From Camelus dromedarius (Eukaryota): a stretch of DNA of 64,000 bases. Shown here one piece after another: positions 11,561 to 21,750 of the stretch. The DNA lies in NCBI RefSeq assembly GCF_036321535.1, contig NC_087442.1, positions 36,146,001-36,210,000 on the forward strand, given 5' to 3'. The notes beneath the pieces are model-generated. The model worked only from the letters and a program-made list of their open reading frames with translations, was not told the DNA's origin and searched no databases. Every line of letters begins with the position of its first letter. The stretch's first letter is position 1. The position numbers and the translations under genes are program-made.

Positions 11561-13847
11561 TTAGCTGGCTCTTAGTCATGCTTTCTGGAAAATAAGTGTG
11601 TTATGTTGGCCCATTGGAGGCACTGCAATTGCATTTGCTATTATCTCTCTCATCTTCCCAGGATGTTGAGGTGATGTCATGTAGAGTTTCACATCCTGGG
11701 ATTTAAAGATAAAGTGACATCGTAGCAGGCTTTGTAAGTTCTGCTCGTCATGAGGGTTAGAAAAAAGAAAAGCAGCTGTCTACGTATGGGGATTTTTCTA
11801 TGGAATGTTATGATGATGATCTCCCCTTGGGGGTAAAAAGATACGTAAAAGTTATCCTGACCATGTTGACCTGAGGCTTTGCGTATGTTTGGTTTTAAAA
11901 GACACCATGTAAAACGTCAGAGCTGACTATACACCGGCCAGCCCGGCTGATTAGAGAAGTATTTTTCCAGTGTCTCTTGAATGAAATAAAGCCATTAAAC
12001 GGAGCCAATAGCAGTTACATTTCTAACCTGTTAGGACAGAGTCCTTACTTCTGACCTCACACCCTTGGAAGACACAGTCTGATCAGTCTGTACTGGGCCT
12101 GTTTCTGGTAGACAGGGTGGAAGTGGAGTCAGTTTGTGGGTGCACTTGTGTTCATGGGCATAGTGGAGAAAGGGAGGGTGCCTTAAGAAGGCTGCAAATA
12201 TATGTGGAGGTGATCCTTGTGCAAAGCCTACGTGTTTGGAATTTACTTGCGGCTCAATTTGACCCTAATGCCCTCCATCTTTTTTCTTCATATATATATT
12301 GAAGTGCCCTCCCTCTTAAGAATGAGTCAACCAAACAAAAATGGGGTTCAGTGTAACTGTGTCAGGAACTAAAGAGGCCACCACCATCACATCATTGCCA
12401 ACGATGAGCATGCAGCCTGATGAAACGGATGCCCAGCTCGTGGAAGTAATAATCTGTCTGGGACCAGGAGTTGGCAAACAGAAGGATTTGTTATTAGTGC
12501 CGCCTCTTTATAACCCAGTAAATGGGATCTTCTTCAGCGCTCTGTTAGATGCCCAGTATAAAAGGTGCTCGTGTTAGTGAAGACCTGTAGGCGGACTAAG
12601 GAAACTTTAGGCAGCCAGCTTAGAACTCATTCCCCAACAGTCACTATATTTACTGGTCCCATTACAAAGGTATACGACTTACATCAAATTTGGTAATAAT
12701 ACATCTAATAAATCATATTTATAGAAATGAATAGAATTTAATTAACTTAAATCTGTCCCCCCTCCCCCAAATGCCAGAAAAATGGTACCAGCAGTGCCTA
12801 CCCAGAACGGAGCACAGGACAAGCTATAACGTGGGGTGAAATGGAAAGAGATCTCTTCAGATTGTATTCAGATGCCCAGGCATGATTATTTCCCCCTGAG
12901 TTTTCCAGGTATTTGATGCTGTGATTCTCTTCTCCTATCTGTAGACAGCACATCAGAAATCTGAATGTGTTTGGAAGGTTAGATACACTACCAGTCATCC
13001 ATCTTGAGCCTGCAGAGTGCAAACCCATTAAAGGTGTGCTTTGTACCAGTTCTTGGGGACTTGACAAGCAGAAGTTCAAATGTCAATCCAACAAAATCTG
13101 GGTTTCCCTTTTTTTGAGGTTCAGCAGCAGCTCTTCCAGTTTGTGTATGTTCTTTTCATTGCACAGCCTAGCAAGGGAAGAAGACCCTATAATGGTCAAG
13201 TTAACTAAGCCAGTCTGTGATCTCAGTAACAAAACTCCTAGACAAGATCCCATTGGAAAATTCTTTGGAAGATTTTCCAAAGACTCTGTAGCTATTCTGT
13301 ATAAAGTGACCCCTCTGGAAATGCATATGAAGCTGCTTATTTTTCAGAACTAAAACCATGACTAGCTAGGTGAACCAAAGTTCCTGCTTGCTAGCTTTTG
13401 AATATACAAGGGGGTGGATCAGACAGAGGCCAAAAAGTATTCTCTGTCTACCTTGTAATTTTTGTCTTAAAAATGAATTTTCTAGGAAAAACATATCCAA
13501 AGAAAGTGTATAATATTTCATATGTTCACAATAATATGTGATCCACCTGTCTTCTTGCTGGCAGGTGTGACAGCATCTCTAACTATCTGGTGAATCTGGT
13601 CTTTCTGTTGAGCTCACCTGTTCTTTCTTCATATACCTGCTCACCAGCATAGCTACGGAGCCCCAAACTGTGCTAGGGTATCCACTCTCAACTCGAGAAG
13701 CGGTAGTCAGAGGAACATGACCTCATTCTCATGTAAACGGGTCCTTTGGGGTGACTTGGAATAGTGAGACCCCCTTCTCCAATTTATACATTAAAGATTA
13801 ATTTGGGGTTAGCGTTTTTTCCCCCTTTATTTTTAAACATCTCTTAG

Positions 13848-14022
13848 CAGTGAGTCTCAAACTGTGATGTAAATAGGAATCCCCTGGAGAGCTTGGGAAG
13901 ATGTTCCTAGACTCCAGTCCTGGGGCTGTGGGTTGGGAGGGATACAGTGGGATTCGAGGAATCTGCATTTTATTGAGAACTCCAAATGATCTGGTCCCTG
14001 TAGATCACACTTAAAGAAACTA
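13848..14022. mobile_element. MER5-type hAT-Charlie MITE
   Basis: cagtgagtctcaaact...gaatcccctggagagctt...ggaatctgcatttt...gatcacacttaaagaaac. Confidence 0.75.
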
Positions 14023-14025
14023 AAC

Positions 14026-14240
14026 TAGGGCTAGAATCCTTTGGTTCAAATCCCAGCTCTGCCACTTTTTATCTTTGTAGCCTTGGTCAAGTTACGTAAC
14101 TTCCTATGCCTCCATTTCCTCACGCTGTATATAGGGAGAATGATAATAACACCTCACAGGGTTGTCGTGAGGATTAAATTGGTTAACCCAGATAAAATGC
14201 CTCCTGGACTATTTATTAACTGCTTTGTAAATGTTAGCCA
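14026..14240 (+). mobile_element. MIR SINE
   Basis: ggttcaaatcccagctctgccact...gcctccatttcctcac...acctcacagggttgtcgtgaggattaaat. Confidence 0.9.
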
Positions 14241-14384
14241 AATCAGTCCAACAAGCTATGGATGCCTTGACTTTGACTGTTTCAATCAGATTGATATCCT
14301 GTTAACTTGTTGTTGAGATTAACTAGGGAATATATTGAGTTACATAGATGTGTGTATGGTGGGGGCGGGTGGCACAGGGAGTCA

Positions 14385-14915
14385 CTTAGTAAAGGACTCC
14401 AGTGGCTTGCCATTGCTTGTAAGATAAAAACCAAACTCCTAAACGTGGTTTCTAGGACCCTGCAGCTCTGACCTCTGCTTGCTGTCCAAGTTTATCTCAC
14501 ACCTCCCTTTTAATCGTTCTCACTCCAATCGGCTGCATTTGGCTTCTTTCAAGTTTTCAAAGATGCCACCCTTCCTCCTAGGCAGTGGGCATCTTGGAAG
14601 GTGCTTTGCATGTATTATCCCCTATGTCTGAGACACTGTTCCCCTCACTCTCACCTCATTACTTTTCCTCTTCCTTTAGATCTTAGCTCAACCATCACTT
14701 CCTCCGAGATACCCTTCCTTACCTCACTAAGTTCAGTCTTTTTATTATTTGTGCTCATAACACAAAGCTCTCCTTCATCCCCTGTGTGAAAGTTACATTT
14801 TAATATTTTGTGTCTCCTCTGCTAGGGTCACTGTGTTGCAAGGCAAAAACATGCTGGTTTGTTTTGTCACCAGCACAGTGTTTGACACATAAACACTCAC
14901 TATTTGTTGAACAAA
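14385..14915 (+). mobile_element. L2a 3' region
   Basis: actccagtggcttgccattgc...gataaaaaccaaactcct...tttagatcttagctcaaccatcacttcctc...gacacataaacactcactatttgttgaac. Confidence 0.85.
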
Positions 14916-16435
14916 CAGTTAAATTTTGATTAAGTTTTCATCCAGGGAAGAGCTGGTTGGAATGACATGTTTCTGCATAAAAACAGCGGCCATTTGGACG
15001 GTCTCAGGAGGATGAGAAGGCAAAGGGTAGGTGTCCAGAGGAGGGTAGACAGGTGAGATTAGAAAGGTTCCAGAAAAGTAGTAGAGAAAACCTGAGCTCT
15101 CCACAGCTCTGGGGGTGGAGGTAGTGTAGACAGAGCTGGGGAAGACTGCTGGGTGCCTGGGAGGCAGAACTTGAGTGAGAATTCCATCCCCAGCGCACAG
15201 TGGCACAAAAAGACAAAGTGGAAAGCCAGGATTCAGATTCTTGAAAAGGCAAATACAACATCAAGACCACTGGGGCCAGGGCTGAGCACCTGGAGACAGA
15301 TGGACATGGGGTTTGGACCGGGAGTGGTTTAGGAATAAGGGAAGTCCGTAGCTACTGTTGCTTATGAGACTGGGTGAGTGGTAAGTGACTAGTTCACCTT
15401 GGCTCCGAGAGGCACGCAAAGAGCCAGGCTCAGTTCCCTCCAAAGCCTGGTCCATGTCATGAATAGCTTGAGGGCACCAGGCTTGCAGAGACCTTTAGGG
15501 AAGAGAAGGCTCTCCTTGAGATTCATGACAAAGGGACAGAGAATAATTCCTTGCTCTCTGTCTTAAGCCAGAATCATAGTCTCCTCTGACACTTCCCATT
15601 TACAGTCAGTCTCTGTAGAACTGAGGGCTTCCCGCAGACCCACGTGTGAGATTACCACCATCTGATCCCCAGCCCCGGTCTCACTGGGCCATGCAGACAT
15701 TCATTGCTCAGTGGCGGCCCCTGCTGTTGAAGGGAAAGATAGCAGCACATCCAGAGTGTGACATTAACTGGTCATGCAACCAGAAGAATCTGGAGCAAGC
15801 AAGGGAGGAGTCGGAGGGGATGTAAATGAGCTGAGGAGATCCTCAGGGAGATCCCTGGTGTTCCGGGCGCCTTGGCCAGGTGCTAATACAGAGAAGCTGA
15901 GCCTTAAGGCTTTGTGCATGCTTTCTTCTGCAAGCTTCCCGGTTTAGTCGCTTCATTCCAAAGGTCGACTAGGAACCACACAGTGCCCTGGAAAAGTGCC
16001 ACTGAGAACTTTTATTTGAGGGCTTTTAGGGGTGTTCGATAATAAATATTTTAAAAGATAGCCCACTAATTCTTTAGGGAATTAGAGTAAATTTTAGTTA
16101 GAGGTGGAGGCCCAGGAGGGGCCGTGTGTGTTTGTTTACATCCTGAGTAGGAATCAGAGTATGGGTGCTCCCGTGGGAACTCGGCTGGGATGCACTTTTG
16201 CATGACTGCATTTCTGGGTATTGTGAGCACCCTTGGCGCGCGTGTGCTGTGTGTTCAAAGTGAGGCTGTTACGTGACATTTCTGGACAAAAAAAAAAACT
16301 ATATGTAAAGAAAGAGAGGGAGAAAGCAAACTCACAATCAAATAAAAGTAGGGAGAGGGGGAGAGATGAGATCGCAGTTGATTATGGGTCTGGCAGCAGA
16401 TGTTCTACACGAATCCAACTCGCTGCAGCCAGTCT

Positions 16436-16449
16436 GTTTCCATGGCAAC
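16436..16449. promoter_or_regulatory. RFX X-box motif GTTTCCATGGCAAC
   Basis: Matches the GTTNCCATGGNAAC consensus; embedded in the near-palindrome ctgtttccatggcaacag. Confidence 0.7.
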
Positions 16450-16547
16450 AGAATCAGTAATTATTGAGCCCGGGTGCTCCCCCCTCCTTTCTCCCAACAA
16501 GGTGGAGGCTGATGAATATGAACTATCACCAGTCCATCACCAGCTCT

Positions 16548-16571
16548 TTCTTCTTCTTCTTCTTCTTCTTC
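16548..16571. repeat. (TTC)8 trinucleotide repeat within a ~47-nt pyrimidine tract
   Basis: Seen directly. Confidence 0.95.
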
Positions 16572-16800
16572 CTCTTTTCCTTTTGTTTTTAGTTCTTTAT
16601 AAGAAAAGGGGGAGCATGACGGAGTACCAAGAAGAGGAGCTATATCTTTACTGATGAAACAGCATAGGGCACTAAAATTAAATGAAGTTATTGTTTTCTC
16701 TTGTGATACTAGAAGAAAAAAGCTCTTCCTAGAAAAGCCGATGGTCTCTGAAGATGCTAAATAAACGAGCAGGAGTTTCCCTGACATGGAGGCTCCCTTT

Positions 16801-16833
16801 GATTGGCTGATCTTTCTGCGATTCCTGCCAATC
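16801..16833. promoter_or_regulatory. Inverted pair of NF-Y CCAAT boxes
   Basis: GATTGGC (16801-16807) and GCCAATC (16827-16833) form a 7-bp inverted repeat with a 19-nt spacer. Confidence 0.5.
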
Positions 16834-17080
16834 GGAGCACCCCTGGGCTCCAGCTCCATAAACATAAGCAAAGCTACATGCTTATTCTTCTGGACTTGAA
16901 GTGTATACCATTCAAAGGTGTGCAGCGGGTCTCCATTCACATGGCTCAACTGGAAACCTATTTCGTGAACAAGCTTACTCAGGGACCGTCTGATATTCCA
17001 GCACGTTGTTCTTCTGGGGGACAACTTTAAGTCATTTGGTGGCGACAGCAGCTTAGAAGCAGTATTTGTAGTTGGGAAAG

Positions 17081-17099
17081 ATGGACTTACGGGAGCTTG
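17081..17099 (+). CDS. Putative coding part of a first exon: MDLREL + phase-1 G (unidentified protein N-terminus)
   Basis: Strong Kozak context (A at -3, G at +4); ATG GAC TTA CGG GAG CTT G followed by canonical GTGAGT. No transcript or homology evidence. Confidence 0.3.
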
Positions 17100-19842
17100 G
17101 TGAGTAAACCTCAGTCTTACACGTCTGTCCGCTGGTATTAGCAGCCTGAGCTAAAATGTAGCTTTGTCCTATTGTCTGCTGAGAAAACTGTGAATTGGAA
17201 CAAGCACATGGAAGAACAGGCATTGTAGGGTTCCCCGTGATGTGTGCGCTTCTGTATTCCAGAGGCTGCTTGCATTGCTTGGGTATGATCGGATTTGTAG
17301 TTGACCATGTATTATACTGGCACATTGGTTTGTCTAGTTAGGATCAGCGTGAGAAGTGGAGTTTGCTTTATCTCCCTGGGCACTGATTCATTTAAAAGAA
17401 AGATGCTTTTGGAATTAAATTAATAAGAGCCAACCCTCCCTGTGCATTGCTGGGAAGAGAGAGCAAGGTGCAGATACAGAGCCCAGCCGTGAGCTGCTTG
17501 ATTGTGCTGCTGGTGTTTGCATTGTGAAGAGAGACGTTATTACAATGGTCTGTCAAACACTTCTTCACACCCTCAGCCACGGAAAGAAGCGTCTCTTCTG
17601 GGTGCGCTGCCGTTTTCTGCCTGGGAAGTGTGCAACTCAGCTAGGTCGCCTCCCTTTCTCCTTTCATGAAACCAGTCTCCAATTTGAAATACGTTCTTTC
17701 TCTTTTTAACAAATTAATTGCAGTGAAGAGTTGGAGTGCAGTCGGAGAGATTTTAGCTGTCAAAAACCATGCTTCTAAATGACTCTGTTTTGCATCCTTT
17801 TAAGCCTCCGAACACCAGAGAGGGTTTGCAAAGTTATATTCAAGGATTGGCTCTTAGCCAGGGAAGGGATGCTCTGGGCTATTGCTCTGCTCCCTGGGGT
17901 TTAATTTTCTGACACTGGTGATGAAATTTTCAATTTAGTTGGGTATAAGAAGGAAGAAGAAAGCAGTGCTGTAAACAGGCAATGGAGGGGCAGCATGGGG
18001 AAGGAGAAACTCTTTGCCTTCAGGGACCCTTCTAGCTGCAAACTTAAAAATATATGTGGCAAGACAGAACTCAAGCCCTACACACTCAAGTGTAGGATTC
18101 CGGAGGAATTCTAATCCTTCTGAACATGAAGAGGGGAGACATTGCCTTTGGTTTGGATGCAGAGAATTGGGGCTGAACCTGGGGCTTCCAGCTCTGTCTA
18201 AGAACCTCTCCCCAGCATCTCTGGCTGCTGATTTTGAGGCTTCATCATTGCTACTCTTTTTAAAAAATGTGATTGCCTGTGTTATGTGTGGGGAAGACTG
18301 ACAGCACACTTGATGTCTTCTACATACAGTCTCCTCGTGTTCAAATAACAGAGAGAGGAAAACAAGAAAAAGCTTTACCATCTGGTTCATAAATACATGC
18401 ACATGAAACAGTCATATGTGGGAAATCTTATTGGCTTGTCCTTTAAAATAATATCCTATTGACAGAAGAGTGTTGTAGGTCTTTGCATGGCTCTATAAAA
18501 GAATTTGCTGTGTCCTAAGTGGCTCTGTGATGAATGGGTAAACAGACAAAAGAGCTAGGGAGCTTTTGCCTATAGAAGATGTGAAAGCAGGGAGAGGGTG
18601 ATTGGGTGATTGGGTGTTTGGGAGAGCCCTTCTACTTTTGTAGCCAGTGAAGAGATGGGGCTGACTCTCCGGAAGAAGACGGAGAGTGTCCTGACTTTGG
18701 GTGACTGCACACAACACAGGGGAAACCTGGTCAGACCAGTTCAGTGTCCTGTCCGTGAACTGAAACCTCTCTAGAAATGTAGGCTGTCCTCTGATCCCAA
18801 GATGTTCAAGATGGTGTGCCAGGTTGAAAATTCCACCTGATTGGAGGCAAGTGTATGCATCTGTCCCTCCTGCATCTCACTCCTCAGTACCGCTCGATAC
18901 AGGCAGAATTTCGAGGAAGTCTGGTTTCTGGATTAAGATTTTAAGGAAGTCTGGATGTGCAGTAATATGACAGTCATCTTATTAGAATGACCCTTCATTC
19001 TCTTTTGGTCTTTTCTCCCCCCACTAGTGTCACTTTACATGAGTGAAGTGCTGGCACCTGTTGGCAAGAAAGAGAGAAGAAACAGCCTTTTATGGAAGCA
19101 GTGAAAATGTAAAAAAAAAAAAACTGAAAAATTAAGAGTAGTTATTAACCTATTTTTGGATCATGGAAGTCTGAGAATTTGAAAGCTATAAAATTCTCCC
19201 CTGGTTCTAAGAAAACACATTTATGCAATGATCACATAACACTTTGATGACAGCCCATTTCTGGGTCAAGTAAGATCTCTGTCCTGTGTGAATAGCCAAG
19301 AATTTATTCAGCCTTCAAGTTCATTATCTCCTTTCTGCAAATGGGTCCACTGAATACTGCCACAGCCCAATCTCAGTCCACTGCTGGCTTAAGCAGTGGC
19401 TTTAGTACCTGAATGAGGTCCTGGGCTTTCTCACGTAAGGTTTGGACTAGGGAGTCTTGGAAATGATTCTAGATCATGGTGGTTTTCTCACTCCCGAGCT
19501 CGGAGGGTTGGTGAAGCTAGAGTTATGGGACTTGAAATAAAAATGCTCTTTAGGATGCCAGAATGACCTGCACGCTTATCACTGTTCTGTTCGTTCCTAG
19601 AAGAGAAGGCGTCTTTCCACTGCCTCTTCCTGGCATTTGTAGGATGTAGGAAATATTAGAAAGATAAATGTAAAGCCAAAAAAAAAAATTCCCTTAGATT
19701 TTCAGTGATCATCAGAGTTGCCCAGTATAAACTAGAGGGAATATAGATATGTTGACTGCAGTCTCTGAAATGCTGCACTGAGTGGTGGGATGATAATATT
19801 CCTCAGTTCTCCTAATGGTTGGAATAAAATCAATCACAACAG

Positions 19843-20035
19843 GAATAGCTAACCTGCCTGGAGCATTAACTGTGTGCCAGACGCTGCTCAGTACGTTTTA
19901 TGTAGATGTGATTACTCAGTGAGTCTTTATAAAAGCTCAGCAGGGCCATTCGTGCACCTATTTTCCAGATGAGGAAATGGAGTTACCAGAAATGTACAGG
20001 ATTGTTTATGTTTATCCAGCTAGGAGCTGGCAGGT
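19843..20035 (-). mobile_element. MIR SINE
   Basis: aatagctaac...gagcattaactgtgtgccagacgctg...cctattttccagatgaggaaatggag. Confidence 0.85.
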
Positions 20036-20499
20036 GCTTGGTGTTTTCACACATGTTGATTTGCTTGTTTGCAGCATTCATGGATGGGCGGAGTCTGAGC
20101 GGATAGGGGAAGGGGTCTCCTAGGCTATCGGTCTGTCTAATGGAGTCAGACCACAGGGAGTTGAATTAGACAGTCATTGCAATAATTAAAATCAAATTAG
20201 AAAGGCACTTTAGAGGAGGTGGGGTGAATTACTTGCATTGCCATTTAAGAAAAGAAGTTTGAGCTGAGTAAAAACCTGTCACCAAAATACTGCATTTGTT
20301 TACCCCTTGTTTTCCCGTGTGATGTGTGGCACCTGTTGGCAAGAAAGAAGAAACAGCCTTTTATGCAGAGCGTTTATGTGGCTGATATGAACTGGGTCAG
20401 TTTCTATGTGAGACCAGCTCCTCTTGGGCCATCTGGGAGAGGTGGAAGGTCACCAGTTCCATGGCTGCCTTTTCTTGCCTTTGCCAGGAATGGTTTGCA

Positions 20500-20513
20500 G
20501 TTGCCATAGCAAC
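20500..20513. promoter_or_regulatory. RFX X-box motif GTTGCCATAGCAAC
   Basis: Matches the canonical RFX consensus GTTGCCATRGCAAC. Confidence 0.65.
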
Positions 20514-20744
20514 GGTGAGGGTGGGGAAGGGCCAGAAACCACAGGGCAGCCAGGTTGGGGGTGTGGGTGACCCACAGTGGCCATGGGAATCACCAGGGCT
20601 ACATGCTTTCTGAAGACCTCGTGAATAGGTGTGATGGGCCCAGCTCAGAAAGAGATTCCAGGTGGTGACAGTGGGCATGCATTCATGGAGCAACTGAAAA
20701 CTCAGAAGGTTGGGCCTGGAAATCACTGAGTGACACAGTTTTCA

Positions 20745-20900
20745 GAGTAGTACCCCTTAGAGTCGGGGGCATTGAGGGGACTGGGGCAACATGGGGCCTG
20801 GGGTGCTGTGTCAGTCTTCAACTCCCACTTCAACCAGAGCATCTCCATTCTGTCTGTTTTATAAACTGGTTGTCCCCACTGCGAACTTACTTATGAAAAA
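20745..20900. mobile_element. hAT-Charlie (MER102-like) fragment
   Basis: ccccacttcaaccagagcatctccattctgtctgttttata; a similar segment occurs at about 60390-60430. Confidence 0.45.
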
Positions 20901-21209
20901 TGAAAGGAAAGGCTAGGTCATTAGAAGGAAAAAGAAAAGCTGTTGATTTCAAAATTTCCAGTTTGATAGTTAAAGAAACAAAAGACCAGAGCACATAAGC
21001 AAGGCCACGTTGTTATATGGAAAAGGAAGCTGTAGATTCTTAGTAGCAGATTTTTTAAAAAATGAGTTATTTGTTAGACAATTTGCTAGGCAATACTGCT
21101 ACGCAACTCCTACTGTTACAGTAAGTATACATATGTGTAGAAGACAATTTTAATAACTATTCAAAAAGGAATGTCCTACAAGGACAATATGGTAGATCTC
21201 TTTCTAGAC

Positions 21210-21750
21210 CAGCACTGCCTAGTGGGAATATAATGCAAGTTACATATGTAATTTTAATTTTTTAAGTAGTCACATTGAAAAAGTAAAAAAAAAAAAAAGT
21301 CTGTTAATTTTAATTGTATATATTATTTAACTCAATATGCCCAAAATATTATCAATATACAACTATGAAAGCATTAACAAAATGTTTATATTCAGTTTTT
21401 TCATGTTAAGTCTTTGAAGTCTGACATATATTTTACACTTGCAGCACAACACAATTTGGATAGTGAATTTTCACGGGAAATCTGTATTTAGATTTCATAA
21501 AATTTACAGTTAAAAAAAGGAGATCCAGGAACGTAAGGTGTTCTAAACATACTTAAAAGTTTTCCAATAACTGAAGTATCAATGTTTAAATTTAAATTAG
21601 CTTAAGTTAAATAAAATTTAAAACTCTAAAACAAGCAAAGAAAAAAGGGAAACAGACAACAAAAAGCCCTTAGTTGCACAGTCATCCTAGCCACGTGTTT
21701 CAAGGTTTCCACTGCTACACGTGGTTAGTGGCTACTCTATCAGAAAATGT
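21210..21750. mobile_element. hAT-Charlie1/MER33-related DNA transposon derivative
   Basis: Starts cagcactgcc...aatataatgcaagttacatatgtaatttta after a TCTAGA target. Internal gatttcataaaatttacagtt...cttaaaagttttccaataactga. Ends ctagccacgtg...cacgtggttagtggctac. Confidence 0.85.

Larger units (their letters stand above)
16230..17105 (+). promoter_or_regulatory. Candidate alternative promoter / first exon of an unidentified host gene
   Basis: No recognisable repeat. TCF/LEF-type TTCAAAG at 16254 and 16911 and CTTTGAT at 16797; TTACGTGAC at 16269; RFX X-box at 16436; ATTGG/CCAAT pair at 16801-16833; CATAAA at 16857; aaagATGG at 17081; donor G|GTGAGT at 17100. Confidence 0.55.

Noticed and set aside
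11662-11733. 72-nt exon-like segment (cccag|...|gtaagt)
   Set aside because: Stop codons in all three frames; at most a non-coding or pseudo-exon, with no supporting evidence.
15705-15725. Possible CTCF site (minus strand ACAGCAGGGGCCGC)
   Set aside because: Mismatches at two core positions; much weaker than the 33475 site.
16461-17024. 187-aa minus-strand ORF overlapping the putative promoter (longest gap-free ORF)
   Set aside because: It has a TTG start, its poly-E comes from the (TTC)8 repeat, and it has no recognisable domain. A rough estimate gives an appreciable chance of one ORF this long in the window.
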